From: Eledone cirrhosa
Lineage: Eukaryota
Length of the DNA: 64,000 nucleotides
NCBI GenBank assembly: GCA_964016885.1
Contig: OZ024743.1
Span: 282,658,001 to 282,722,000, forward strand
Direction: 5' to 3'
How positions within the stretch are numbered: the stretch's first letter is position 1; every line of letters begins with the position of its first letter. Below the pieces are notes generated by a model, which saw nothing but the letters and a program-made list of their open reading frames with translations, had not been told where the DNA came from and made no database searches. The translations under genes were made by a program, and so were the position numbers. Shown piece by piece: positions 13,815 through 28,457 of the stretch.

Positions 13815-14471
13815 TGAGTAAAAAATTATCCACACTTTTGCCATTACATATCTTTAAGTTTGTCACACTGCCTTCAGCTCATGTGTGCTTACAGTTGGTA
13901 CTATTGTGGTCACGCGATCACGCCAGTTTTCTTGCTGCTGTTACATGGCTGCTCTGCTAGCTGTGTGCACTAACAAGGAACAAAGAGCAGTGATCCAATT
14001 TCTCTGGTCAGAAGGTGTGTCAGGTGTTGAAATTCATTGGTGGCTTTTAACACTACACAGTGACAGTGTACTACCATAAAGAAGTGTGTATGAGGGGATC
14101 AAGAAGTTTAAAAGTGGCCAGATAAACATGATGCACGAATGAGGAGCAGGACACCTGTCAACCTTCACCACTGACAAGGAGATTCAGCAAGCTCGAGAGA
14201 TGATAATGGCAAACCGGTGAGTTATCATCGATGAGGTAGCATGTTCTCTGCAGAGATTCTGCTTCTCAAATCATTCATGACGAGATCAGCTTCCATAAAG
14301 TCTGTGCGAAGAAGCAGTACCTAAATGGTTGCATGACCAACCGAAAACCTTAATAGGAATACACAAGCTTGTGGGCCACTGGTCTAAGTGCATCAAAAAG
14401 GAAGGGGACTATGTAGAAAAATGATGCACTTGTTGAAAACAAGAGTGCAGATAATTTTTTACTTTCCCTCG
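13812..14471 (+). mobile_element. Internally deleted mariner transposon
   Basis: TIR-like ends (aaaaattatccacact / agtgcagataatttttt). N-terminus EQRAVIQFLWSEGVSGVEIH and C-terminus KCIKKEGDYVEK* are typical of mariner transposases. Confidence 0.85.
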
Positions 14472-14692
14472 TGCATGCATGTATAGGCTGGTAATAGGAA
14501 GAGCATCCATCTGTAGAAATTATGCCAAAACTAAAATGTATGAAAGCAAGATATGGCCCCTGGCTTTTCTAGGCAGATAGTAGCTTGAATTAAGTATTGA
14601 CTTGGTCTGTGACAACCTGTCCAATGCATGCCAGCATAAAAAAAATAGGTGTATGATGATGGTGATTTCCTCAATTATAGTAGTGTGCACGC

Positions 14693-14732
<40 letters not shown>

Positions 14733-14885
14733 TTAAGGATACTATTTATGGTTATGTATATACTAAAACTTTATAGTTATATATATTTTAAACCCTAAAC
14801 AGTGAAAGACAGTAACTTATTACTACCTTATTACCAGTAAGATAAATAGCTCAATGTAATAACATCAGTTGTTCTACAGAGCAGT

Positions 14886-15201
14886 TATATAGAATTCACA
14901 GGAATCAAAGTTATGTTCAAACCATTTATTAGCTTACAATTGTTTCATCCAAACCGAGGCTTGGAGTCTTCGGAGCATTTTTCAATGTTTGTATACATAC
15001 ATAACCTCCTTTACAACGCAAGAGACATACAGATACATATGTATATATTGATGTACATATGTATCTGTATGTCTCTTGCGTTGTAAAGGAGGTTATGTAT
15101 GTATACAAACATTGAAAAATGCTCCGAAGACTCCAAGCCTCGGTTTGGATGAAACAATTGTAAGCTAATAAATGGTTTGAACATAACTTTGATTCCTGTG
15201 A

Positions 15202-15210
<9 letters not shown>
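14886..15210. mobile_element. Head-to-head PLE-like terminal hairpin (~158-bp arms, apparently perfect)
   Basis: 14886-15043 is the reverse complement of 15054-15210. The right arm ends in (TA)n and contains a hammerhead motif and AATAAA. Confidence 0.85.
15121..15165 (+). ncRNA. Type-I hammerhead ribozyme motif, CCGAAGA core variant (mirrored on the minus strand in the left arm)
   Basis: gct-CCGAAGA-c-tccaagcc(tc)ggtttgga-t-GAAAC-aatt-GTA-agc. Stem I is gct/agc, stem II is 8 bp, stem III is palindromic, and the cleavage triplet is GUA. Confidence 0.65.
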
Positions 15211-15258
<48 letters not shown>

Positions 15259-17865
15259 CTGTAGCTGAGGAAAGCAAATTTTTAGAAAATTTGAAACAGA
15301 TCCAGAAAACAAACAGAAATGGAATAATTCTGAACTGAGTTAAATAAATATGAAATCGGGAAAAATAAAGACTTTAAAATAGATTGTTTGTACACATTGT
15401 GTTAATTACAAAGAATGAAATCTCAAAAGTTCTAGATTTTTAACCAGCATCATCACTGAATTAACATCTGCTTTCCAAATAAAAACACCCACTCACTGAT
15501 GCCAACAAGAGAACCTCTATGCCTCCATATAACTTGCTAGGAATAGCAATTCAAATGTTTCTCAAATCACAGCCTGCTGTCTAGAGAAGCAAGGAGTAGA
15601 CACATTGGATTAATATAATTTCTAAAAAATGAAGGAATTGTCACAGTTGGAACACCCTTTAATCATGCCTGCTGGATAAAGGTCAACTTGGGGGCTGAAC
15701 ATCAGTAACTCACTAATGAATAAGTGTGTCTTGAACAGCTTAAAAACATCTAACTTTATTTGGCTATACAAGTAGCACATGACTAATAGGACAAAGGCAG
15801 CAGAATACATTTTCACTAACTTAAATGAAATCCTTAACCCTTTTGATAACAAGCAGCCTGAAGCTGGCCCTAGTTCTATGATACAAAGCTTTTTATTTTG
15901 AAGGGTTTATATCTATCTAAAAACAAAGTTCCATCATAATTGTTTCTACTTTAGGCACAAGGCCACCAATTACCCAGTGCATTACTGGTACTTTATTTTA
16001 TCGACCCCATAAGGATGAAAGGCAAAGTCAACCTCATCATAATTGTATGCAAAACCTTGGTTATTTTCCAGACAATAGATAAATAATCAGAAAATTAGTT
16101 ATATTCCTAAATTCCACCAGATTTTCAAAATTATTTGAAAATCATAGTCAGTGTCAATCCTTAGAAATATAGTAATGAAGGGATTAAAATAAAGACACTG
16201 AAAAAATTACAAAATAAAATGGCACCAAAGCAAGGAACAAACTGATTCCTAAATGTACTGAATTAAGAAGCAAAATGATATTGTTAATTAGTAAGAAACC
16301 TATTGAAATCAAGTTCAAATGTGGTACATATGAACTTTGCTTTCCACAAAATATTGCTGGCATTTACAGATACTTGGAATTTCCTGATGAGGATAGATTT
16401 GTCATTTCTTTTCCTGAATTTATACAGCATTTCAGATAGCTATGGTTCAACATCCTCATCCATATGTGTAAATCTATTATTGATGGTGCTTTATGATGTT
16501 AAATGGAATATAGGGCAAGTCAATATTTATATACTTGGAGCTATTCTTATAAGATGAAAAGTAGAACATAGAAACCTGAAATGAGAGATTGTTTCAGGTT
16601 TCTCTAAAGTATGAATTAGTTAAAACGGAAAGGAGCTGATCATCTCTATTGGTCTTCCTTTTCTGCTACTATCTACTATTAAATTAATTAAGGAGAGAAC
16701 TAAATGACTTTCCAACTCAAAAGTATTATTAATTCATATTAAAAGAAAATGTTTAAAAAGGGATGTTAATTCACAATAATGAGATATCTATTGTTAAAAT
16801 CTTTGAAAACTCCATTTAGAATTTTTATCATGAACAAAATTTGGGACTTAAAAAATGAACATATTTTTTCATAATAAATTTCTGTTAAGTATATAATTCT
16901 TAAAGTTCATATTCAAAATATTTTTTCTGAATTTCATTATTTACAATTCCTTTAAAAAAAAAGGCAAAAAAACAAACCAAAATGACATTATATTAGGTAT
17001 TAAATGATGGTCAATCACATAAATTGATGAAGTTTTAAAAGTTTATAAAACATTGAACATTTGAAAAAATATAGTAAAAACATTTTAAAAACAAACAAAA
17101 AAAAAAGGTTCCAGATTAATTGTGTAATGTATCATGCATCCAAAAACCTGTTAACCAGTAATTTCAAAAATAATTTCAGAACTAGAGCATTGTTCGGTAA
17201 GATTACCGCCGAGTTACTCTATATGCTCACATTGTTATAGAATCTTGGTTTTAACAACTAAACTAAGATACTAACTTAGAGACACACTAACCTAACAATA
17301 TATGTATATATATATAAAGTTGTCTTGGCAGAGGAATTAAGTAGAGTTGAACTCAATTTCTCTGAGTTATCTTAGTTATTTAACCACAAGCCTTTTAAAA
17401 TAATTACACATTGAAATTAAGAAATAACTTAATCAGAGCTGTACAGTTATTTTCAAATACCATTGACGTGTTTTAATTTATTTTTTGAAAAAAGGTTTAC
17501 CCTAATATAAAACTACATGGACTTTTAATAACATTCGTTCTATAATTAAATCTTTAATAATAAACTATTTGTTATTAAAGTATTTATTAAATTTATTGAT
17601 TTGGTGATCAAAGCAATTTAAATGTAGATTTAATTCCATGTTTTATTTTCTCTTGGACGTATTCTTGCATCACTTCCAACGAATGATAAAGTATTCAAAT
17701 TTACAGACATGTTCAACTCATTTTAATAAGGAGCAAGTATTAAAACAACAACAAAAAAATATATGTTTTACACCCATTTTCTATTTTCATGGATAGATGG
17801 TTCAGAATGTCTTTATTACATTTGAAAGTGCACAAGTTCACACAAAAACCAAACCTTCAAGTGAT

Positions 17866-18150
17866 GTACGAGACAAGAAGTTTTGAGACTTTTTCTTTTT
17901 AGACATTTTTAAATAACTTATGTAATTATCATAAAGGATTTGAAGTGGCTGAGGGCACTATGCACAGAATCATTCCTGATGATCTGAACATGCAGTGACA
18001 TGGTTTGAAAGTCTACAAGGGGGCCTTCCAGAAGTGGCAAGTGCATTGAAGTTGGAGTCTTCTACTTTAAGGGAAACTCGAGTTGTGTGTTGATCTGAGT
18101 TATACATGCCTTCCTGATAAAAGTCTCAAAACCATTTGAGTGTAATTCCA
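17866..18150 (+). mobile_element. Highly degenerate mariner-derived MITE
   Basis: Imperfect inverted ends (aagttttgagact / aagtctcaaaac) and mariner-like remnants (aagtgcattgaa...tacttt). Confidence 0.4.
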
Positions 18151-19920
18151 TATCATATTGAAGCAGTTTACATTGTTAGTTATCAACATTCCAGGTATAT
18201 CTTAACAAAAAACATTCCATTGCTGTTACACACCTTTCTTGAAATTGTTTAAACAATTATCATTTTGCCTTAAAATTAGCCAGAAATTAGACAAAACACT
18301 TTTTTATTATTATTAATAATAATTAGTGTGTGGTGGGATGGCAGTAAACAGAGCCTGTTCAGGCACTACAAACAATCTGGATAACTAACTAGATTGGGTA
18401 CGTGGATAGGAAGAAGGATTTCCAAAGTGGCAGAATGTAGTACTAAAGAATTGGACATTGAACAAAAGTGTTTAGTAGTAACAGGGTCAGGGAAATAAGG
18501 TACAGTGTGGGCAACAGAAAGAGAAGTATGTGCATTGAATGTGTTCAGAGTGAAGTCTGCATACAGTCAACATCTCCAATGGAACAGAAACTATAGACAA
18601 AATATTATTAAGAAACAGAGAAAAAGCACAACTCAATGCTGGACCAGTAATTAGAGAATTCTGACAAGTTCTACAATACCCTTGAGTTGACTGATGCCTT
18701 CAGAGTGAAATATAGGCATAGACATGATTGGTTGGTTAAAAAGTTTGCTCACAACTATGTAGTTTTGTGTTTGATCCTATTGCACAGCACCTTGGGCAAG
18801 TGTAAACATTGTGAAATTTACTAGATGTAAACTTTGTGGAATCCTCTTGTATGCTACTATCTGGCTCTTAACTGCCTATCTTCCTCCTCTACCTAGCCAT
18901 TAGAAATATAATGAGTAGCCTTGTTTAACCTTTTCATGCAGTTTGATGTAAGGTGGGGTCCACCTATCAAAATGCCTGAATAATACATTACTGGAGAGTA
19001 CATTTATACTTTATAAAGTGATAGCAACTGTCTGTCTGAAATATTTTTTAGCTTCAAAGAGGAAATCAAGCTTTTCTGATTGTCTTAGCTATTTTGGGAG
19101 TGAGAAAGAAGGGAGAGAATTTTCTAGTAAAGATTACAAAAGATTATAACTGTATAATTATGAGGTGTTCCATAGTGCAATGTTTGAAGATTACAGTTCA
19201 TTAGTAGAAGCACTAGTGAACTGTATTTTTCATTTAAGGTATGTAGCATTTGGGATTTTGTACCCCTGAATAAAAACTAAAATCTTCAGGCCACCATTGT
19301 AAAGATGGTGTCTGGACAAAATGTAGACAAAGAAATTAAGAGTAGAGATAGTCGTGATGTCAACAGATTTGACAGAAAGACCACAAGAAGATAGTTGGTA
19401 TAACCATTGGCAAGTAACTTAGCCAAATTGTTATGACAATCAAAAGGTTCATTGGTGTCAAAGACAACCACTTTATTATCAAAATCTTCAAAAAGTATAG
19501 ACTACAGGCATCTACTGTAAAGTGTCATATTCAAAGTAGTTTAACAATTTGTTTTCTTATTCACTAATTCTACTTTCAACATGTGTATATGTGCACATAT
19601 GATTGTGTATAGATGTGTGCATGTGCACACATGCACTCAAGAAAATGTATTCTGTGCCCACACAATATAATTTAACTGGCCTGATCCTCTAGTAAGTAAT
19701 CTTTAAACCATGCAAAATAACAACTTGGGGCATCAAGACGAGACAGGTAGATATCTCATACCAAACTTGCATTCTTTGTAGCCATCAAACACCGTCGTAT
19801 ATCAGGGTTGTCTGCTACAACTGTGTACTTGTCCTTGCTTTTCTCAAATTCACTATGGTATTGAATCTAGAAGCCATGCGTAATGAGCATAAAACATCAA
19901 TAAGGAGGAAAGCAATTGTA

Positions 19921-20467
19921 CAAGGGTAAGTCTAAAATTATCTGTACTTTTGCCATAACATATCTTTAGGCTTGTTACATTACCTTCTGCTCATGTGTGC
20001 TTATAGCTGATACTATTGTGGGCCTGTGATCAAAATTTGCTATCAAATCATCCACTACGAGCTTGTCTTCCATAAAGTCTGTGCAAGATGGGTGCCAAGA
20101 GAGCTTACCGCAAAGTACAAACATGTTGAAGTTTGCTAACATTTACTTGACCGCTACAATAATGAAGGCATGACTGTTTGAGTAGAATAGACACAGGTGA
20201 AATGTGGGTCCATTACTATGAGCCAGAATCCAAAAGACAGAGTATGGAGTGGAAACATCCTGGTGTACACTGCTAGTAGAGCTGCCATGTTTACACTGTA
20301 ACAGCAGCAACAAAAAAAAAAAAAAAAGAAAAACGGCATGATCAAGCTCAAACTTCGATCAGGTGATTACAGTAGTACCAACTATAAGCACACATGAGCA
20401 GAAGGCAGTATGACAAGCCTAAAGATATGTTATGGTGAATGTGTGGATAATTTTTGACTTACCCTCG
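19921..20467. mobile_element. Mariner derivative with two inverted left ends and TA target-site duplication
   Basis: TA|caagggtaag...cttaccctcg|TA. Both ends match the left end of the 13812 element over more than 100 bp. The interior encodes KVCARWVPRELT (mariner WVP motif). Confidence 0.8.
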
Positions 20468-22059
20468 TATATTTTTAAAAGCATTCAAGCTATGATGAAA
20501 GAACTTCAATGTAGAAAGATGATTTTAAATATTTAGGTGAGGAAGTGGAGGACCTTAAAGTGGGAGTTGGGAACTTTTTTATGATACCAACCTTTCCAAG
20601 ATAGCCTTTGATCCGTTATTGATATAGTATGGTTTAGGTTAATAAACAGTTCAAATAAATTCAATTATTAAAACAAAAACCCTTCTGTTAACTAGTTGTT
20701 AAAGAAAAGTTCACAATTAACAGAAATAAAAGGGCAACAAAAACTATACAAAATGTTATTGATGTGCATCTATTTATTGCTGCTAATATGTTGACGTTTT
20801 TAATGGCATAACTTAAATACCAAAATGTAGGACATCAGAATAAATATCACAGACCTAATTAGCCAGAAAACAAAGAAGAGGGATTTCATCAATGAGACAC
20901 CATCACCGATAACAATCTTACTAGAAAACTAAATACCAAGATCATGTGTCAATATGATGTTGTATTAGCTGGGATAATCAATAGTTATATTGTCACAAGT
21001 TGACGTAGTAACACTAGTAGCTAATTTGTTGAAACCAACCTTAGTTAATCTAATGCCATTAGCTGCTTCACTGTGTATTCAGAATAAATGAATATAAAAT
21101 AAATAAATAAGCAAATACATAAAAAGAAGGAACAGTAAGTAGCTATATATAATACAGCTATCAAAATAATTCCTTCATTGTCAGGGATAAAAATAAATCT
21201 GGGGAGAAAAATACTATCTTTATGGAGATGAGAAATATTATAAAATAATAACAATATGGGTGAAGGAAAATATCTCAGGAGAGCCTTCTGCATATAAAAT
21301 ACTGTCAGATCTCACTTATGTAATACAGAAAGTTATAAACATTTCAATCAACATTTTGCAAGCAAGGTAGATAACTCCAATAAAATCAATTGATTAAAAT
21401 TTTATTAACAATATAGACAAAGCAGATTTGAGTGGATCTACATAAAAAATTTAAAAAATAAAAATAAAGTTAAATAAATATATGAATAAACATGAAAATT
21501 AAATAATTAATGGATTTGAAATGAGAAAACTAAAAGAAAGTTGAGACATGACCACTCCACCACCACCCCCAAAAAGAACAATTAGAAATATTTTTGTGAA
21601 TTTCCTATGCTGTAGCATCCTACAACTGCATTAATGAATAACAGCAATAATGTTGAACCAATAAGAGAGCCACTACTTCATTGCTCAACCTGCTAGAAAT
21701 TGCAACCAAATCTCCCTTAAATCACTTTCATATCTTAAAAAAGAAACAATATCGATAACGTAGTCACAAATATACAACGAAAAAAAAAAAAAAAAAAAAA
21801 AGAAACGGGATGGTCATGCTTGAAACTTAATTGTAAGCCTGCTCAATCAGGGCTAGCCTAGGAATAAATACCAGCAGCAGCAAGAAAAATAACAGTACCA
21901 CAATCCAAAGAATTTCTCATCAAGCAACAAGAAAACTACATTGTGAATTGTAGATTAGAGTAAGGCAAAACATGTCTAAATGTTTCCTAAATGCATTACA
22001 AAACAGAATTAATGTATTTTTAATATATATATTTTTTTAAGTACGGTAGCTTATTTAAT

Positions 22060-22380
22060 ATAGTAAGTACCCCGAGCTACAGAAATGTTTGGCACCCGTA
22101 ACACACACCAAAGTTGAGTTGTAGCAGAGAGTGTGCACCCACAATTGCACACAATGCAATTTAAGAGACCATGGTAACCACAAGATGGCAGCACTGTAGA
22201 TTCTGCTTATTTGTGCCTCTACTCAAACACTTCTTTATTACTTCTAATTCTTGCAATAAACTATAAACATGACATAAGTTATCTCCCTTCTCTCAAAAAA
22301 GGGGTTGCCTCCTTTTTTTCTTATGTACATATAAGTGTGATGGACAGACAGACAAAGAAACGACTCTTATAATATAGATT
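22060..22380 (+). mobile_element. Possible Helentron/HINE-like non-autonomous element
   Basis: Ends with a (GACA)n run followed by 'ttataatatagatt', an arrangement typical of HINE/DINE-like elements. No other support. Confidence 0.3.
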
Positions 22381-25217
22381 GCACAACTATCCTTCAACAT
22401 AAACTTAAATAAATGCCAATGACCCTTTTTAAAAACTTGAGGCTGGTTTGACAGAGAAAGGAAGGTATCCTCAAACTGAAGATCAAGTCAAATGCTTACA
22501 AGAGATTGAACTCTGCTAAAGACATTCAAGGGTCAAGTGGTGGTATTAAACTGGATGATAGATTAAGTCCATTACTCAAGTAGCCTACATTGAGATTTGA
22601 ACTCAGAATGTAAAAGAGATGAAACAAATACTATAAGACATTTCATTTGACACTAACAATTCCTCTAACTCAATGCCAGAAACTGGTACTTTATTTTATT
22701 GGCCCCCAAAAGGATGAAAGGCAAAGTTGAACTTGGCAGGATTTGAATTCAAAGTGCATTGTACCAGAACAAATATCAGGAGAAATTTTGTCCTCTACTT
22801 TAGTGATTTTGAATGTAATATTTTCTATGAAACATATTGTAATGCTTGACAAGATGTGATAGTTATATTTAATTCTGACAATGTTCTGGTTGATCTTTGA
22901 AGATAAAGTATAATTGTTTTTATCTGCTTTCAAAAATACAATCAAACACAAAATGAGTTGTTCTGGAATCGCTTAAATTGTGAGTTGAAAATAAACTATT
23001 TAAACTTTGCCAACTTCCTTTTAATCAAAATATCTAAGGATCTATATGCATATAAATTTTACTCTGTATTCAATTTTAGTTGTAAAATCAATTATTACTC
23101 AAAGTTGAATATCCCTACCATTTTCAGGATTGAATATATATTGAGTATCTAGCAAATATCCAATATTGTAGATAACAGGAAAGAATTTATATTTGACTAA
23201 TGCAAACCATTGTATATTCATGGGCGAGTTTCTATATGTTCACTTTAGCTGGTAGAAATGGCAGTCAAATTGCATTCAAATCACACCCTTAAAAATGAAA
23301 GTACACATTGGATAAAGAAACCCTATCTGGGTGAAAAAAAGAAGCAGCTGAACAAATTTGATCATAGGCCTGCTTGATCAGAGCTGAGCTGGAGACTAAT
23401 CATCATCATCATTACCTTATCTCTCTATCAAACAAAAATAATTGATCTAATCAACAATGATTTTAGACTTTGCTCAACTTGCCAGAACTGATTATTTATT
23501 TCAATCACATTGTAAAACTGCTCCAACTGTACTTAGGAAAAAATACGTTTGCATCAATTTCAAATTCTTAGTGACTTACTTCAGAATTTGAAATTTCTAT
23601 GGTTAGTTATCTGACATATATTATTGAACTCAATAATCACTACAAAATATTTGACAAGTAAGCTATCTTCCATGCAATATTCAGTAATAACATTGTATTT
23701 TCTCAGATATACAGTACATATTTGAACTATTGATAAAACTCAATTATTCTTGATATATTAAGGACTTCAAAATTAAGAATTGGATTCTTTTGTTAACATT
23801 TTTCCTTAATATACAGGTAACTCTAAGAAATCAAATTTTAGAGACTTAGATTAGCTACGGGAGAACACATCGATTGTTTGTTTTGTTTTGAACCATTTGT
23901 TTTCATTTTTTACATTTGAAAAGGTTGTTAACCCTGAAATATGTCGAAATATACTGGGTAAAAAAAAACACTTTGTTTTATTTTATTTGTCATCCTTTGC
24001 CCTTCATGTTTCCCCCACAATGTAGTAGCTTTCTGAAACTTAGTTATTTATTACATAATTATATATTTTAGATATGATTTCTATATTTTATAGAGGAACA
24101 GATCAAGGTAGGCGTGAGTAACAATTTAAAACTAACCAAAAGCAGATTTCAAATATGTTCAACTATATATTTCAATAATGTGAATTTCTTGAATTCCATT
24201 GCTTTTGATTCCAAACCACCTGAAACTGCCCCTGGTTCTACAAAGTTGTTAATTTTCATATGTTTAATCTAAAAACAATCCATCATAGTTTTATGTAAAA
24301 TCCTTTGTTGTGTTCAAAACACCAGCTTAATAATGAGAAAGTTAGTTATATTATCAAATAGCTCCAAATTCTAGATTCTTTTCAAAATTAATTAAAACAC
24401 ATAGGCAGTGTCTTCCATTAATCTTGAACACTAAACATTAAATCTCATTAAAAATAGGAAAGTTAATTCTTGCACAGAGAATCTTTAGGAAAAGAAAATA
24501 CTAGATATTTTACAATATATGCTGGTTATAAAGTATATAAATAGATATATAGATTCTTGTGTATAAACTGGTAATTTTTTTAAAAAATAAACTGTGGTAA
24601 AATATTTAATAGAATGTTTATAATATAAATGTAACAATCTCAAATTAAATATAGATCAATTCATATAGATTATACGTATCTTGGTTGAGTGGTACATTAG
24701 TTTAAAAAAACCCCAGCTATTTCATCGAAACTGGATGAAATACCATTCAACTATGATACATAGAATAAATACTTTTCTGCTACATGTATGGAGTCACCCT
24801 ATCAGTAAATACGTCTATAAATCTACAACCCAACACTTGTGTGTGTGGACAGATAGATAGATAAATAGATAGAGGGAGAGATTAAGTGATGATGACTATG
24901 AATATTTTACACTTTCCAAATGAACAATCATGAAGCCAAAGTTTTTAAAGCTGAATACTTCAAAAGATTCACAATTGAGAAGTACCCAATAAGAAAAATA
25001 TGTTAAAAGAACTGTTTACATATATTTTTGCAGCCCTAACATTCTCAGCTTATCATCTAGATCAAATAATGAGAAAAACAATTATATAAACAATTTCGGG
25101 GGCGGGGGGGGGGGCCCTATTCTTTATACACACACATAAATGTAAGTTTAAAATTCTTTTATAACACTTTATCAAATTATTAGAAAAACAATTCAAGTTT
25201 CAGTAGTTTACACACAC

Positions 25218-25260
<43 letters not shown>

Positions 25261-25739
25261 AGCAAGATGCAGATGCCTGGCCTATCTGGAATATCAGTAC
25301 CCCACATTAGTACTGACTTGGTCTATGGAGACCCATCCAATCTTTGCTAGCAGGGAAAATGGACAGTAAAACACCGACGATGAATACTGACACAGACATT
25401 CACAAAGTTTTTCTTATTAATTTTTAGAATACAAAGATACAAAAGTGCTCATATAAGTGTGTGTGTGTGTGTAGAGAGAGAGAGAGATCGTCATTCTTTT
25501 AACGTCCACTCACCCTGCTAGCAAGGGTTGGATGGATCTGCATAGACCGAGTAAGTACCGAGACAGGGTTCCTGATCTACAAGGCAGGCCAGGGATCTGC
25601 ATCTCGCTTTTGTGTGTGTGAATGTAAATCAGGATACATTCAGTTTGAAACTGGTTTGACAATTACCATTTCAGCAGCTAGTTCCAGTCTGGAGCTAGCT
25701 GCTGAAACAGCAAGAGCTCAGCCGTCTGGTCCTAACCAT

Positions 25740-25775
<36 letters not shown>

Positions 25776-26819
25776 GATATTAAAAATGACATTATGAAGA
25801 AAGAGTATTCAATACATCAAGTAGAGTTAATATATAATTGAGTGAAGTTGACTGCTTTTTCATTATTTAAAATTGCATGCCAAACAGCAATCAGGAGTAA
25901 TCAACTGAGGTGTTATTCAAAATCCACACACCATATAGTGATTGCAATTGGAAATGAAACCTGTAGAAAATAGTCAACTACACACTCTCACACACACACA
26001 TAATCAACCATGTTTCCCTATAGTAACTATCTTGACCATCCCTGTACATCCCACTCACACTTGCACTATAGCCACACCTATTTAAATCTGAAAGTACTAG
26101 TCATAACTCATCAGTAGCAGTTTGTATCATCACCTCTGTCGGAGATCACCCTTCCCTCTCATCATTTTGATAATTCCCACTACACCTATCATATCCACGA
26201 CGTACTTCCTTACCCTTTTTGCCACTTATCACATGCCCATGATAATATGCTTGTCTTCCCCCTACCCAATGCCCATTACATATGGCATATTTCCTATCAC
26301 ACCTAATAGGCTATGGAGGGCTTTTTATTCAAGTCAATGACTGATAACATCCCTAGTGATGATCCCATCATTATTATCACCAAACACCTTACAGTACACT
26401 CTAAAGTGGTTGGTGAGAGGAGGGGCATCCAACTGTAAAAATCATGCCAAAAAAAAAAAGTCAAAAGGACTCTTCTTTTGTATCAAAGATACATCTCTAG
26501 TGTTGGTGATCCATACAATAAAGGCACCCAGTACACTGTAAAGTGGCTGGTGATAGGAAGGGCATCCAGCCATAGAAGACCTACCAAATATGAGGTCATG
26601 AAGACATTTCAGCTAAGTTGAGGACATGGCAACCTCCTTAGTGTTGGTGCAATGATAAAATGCATCCAGTGCACTCTGCATATGTAAGCAAGAAACCCAT
26701 CTGATAGCTCAGTATCTCCTATTAAGTACTGACTTGGTCTAACAACCCATTCAACCCTTGCTAGCAGGGAAAACAAGATGATGTGTGTGTGTGTGTATGT
26801 GTACATACATTTATATATG

Positions 26820-26987
26820 AGTCTCGGGTTCAATTGAGGGTAAGAACAGTAAGTAAGGTACTCAATACATAGAGTATATACAAGATTTAATATAGAAATG
26901 GCTTCTACAGGACTAGAACTGTTTCATTTGAAGGAGATCATCCTGATGATTTCCTTCGAATAAAACAGTTCTAGTCCTTTAGAAGCC

Positions 26988-26992
<5 letters not shown>
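26820..26992. mobile_element. PLE-like terminal hairpin, family H (older copy)
   Basis: Hairpin aaatggcttcta...tagaagccattt containing CTGATGA-tttccttcgaat-AAAAC. Homologous to 29903-30110 and 41650-41782; abuts (TA)n. Confidence 0.7.
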
Positions 26993-27018
<26 letters not shown>

Positions 27019-28457
27019 AGAAAGAGAGTCATACACACTTTCATTGCCAAAACAACAAAACTTTAATGACTTGGTATAATGACAATGAAACCTAATGATG
27101 TCTGTATTAGCTTACTCTAGTTTGATGCAATCTAATTAATAATGTTTAGACATTACCAACACACTTGGGTCACTAAAATAAACAGACTGCCAGACTAAAA
27201 GCTATACAAATACTATTTCATATCAAAAACAAATTAAATCATTGCATCTTCTTTCTACCTCAAATAAAATGCATTTTATGTGATAAAGTATAGGAGGTAA
27301 GTAACAATTAGTGAATAATAAAATTAAAATAATAACCAGTGAATCTTTTTCTAATTGCCAAATATTTCAGTAAATATCACAAAATCATTAATTAACTTAA
27401 CATTGAGCAAACATTGAAGGACATAACCATGACATAGTACTAGGAAATACTGGCTTTTAGCAGACAAAATGCAATGTTTAATAGAGATAATTAGGTAAAT
27501 GTTATTAGATGTACCTAATAGGTGTCTATTTACATTGTGTTTCCACTAATTTCCTCCAATCTACACCAACATTGGTAGACATGCTAACATTTTAAAAACC
27601 TACTTATTATATTACTGAAACACATGAGGTTTAGTCTAAAGTTACACATATCAAAGTGATGTCATCATTCTTTAAAAAAAAAGCATTGATTTCAAATACT
27701 TGATATAAAGATCTGATATTCTTTATTTTATTTTCATTTTTATTTATTATTGTTTTGTTTTTTTATTTCATCATAAAATTGTTCTACATTAAAATGTGAT
27801 TCATTACAGATGGCCATATGTTTCATTCTGTACAAGCTTTACAAAGAAAGGTTCATGTAGAACTAAAAAATATGTGCCATCTGTAACAGAACATTTATTT
27901 TAATGTAGTGTGTGTGCGCTCTCATGTGCACACTAATTAAATGTTATATTATTGGAGTCCCATTAAATATATAATTAACATGCCCCATCTATTCTACAGT
28001 ACTACCCCTGAAAACTGTTAAACTATTAAATTTCTTTTGATAATACGATTTCGTGACTGTGGCATTTAGCATGCAATAGTGTCTTTCAATAAATATTATC
28101 ACAGTCTGTTCTGCATCATTGATTACTATTGAAAAAAATAAAATTAACATATATTCCTTAGGGTAAGGATTTATGTCTTTTCGTGGATTTACAAACAGAA
28201 GTTTTAATATTGAACATTTAAATGTGATTTCTTTTAATTAAATAAGCAAATGATTTGTTTGTTTAAATACATTGGGATATATTCTGTAGCAACATAAAAA
28301 ATAACCAAAGAAAAGAAAAATGTCATTTAATTATATTAACATATATATCTAAAAAGAGTGTGTGTGTGTGTGTGGTGTGTGGTCTGTGGTGTGTGGTGTG
28401 TGGGTGTGTGGGTGTGTGTGTGGGTGTGTGTTATATATATATATATATATATATAAT

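Noticed and set aside
14886-15210. miRNA precursor interpretation of the long hairpins
   Set aside because: The arms are too long and too perfect, TA-flanked and hammerhead-bearing, and are better explained as retroelement termini.
16300-16575. Possible Lasp exon after the acceptor-like ctctcatttcag
   Set aside because: All three minus-strand frames hit stops, and there is no nebulin or SH3 similarity.
23400-24060. Possible old PLE remnant (tgaaaagg...cctgaaa motif near 23917-23939)
   Set aside because: Too degenerate to support with a peptide or a complete ribozyme core.
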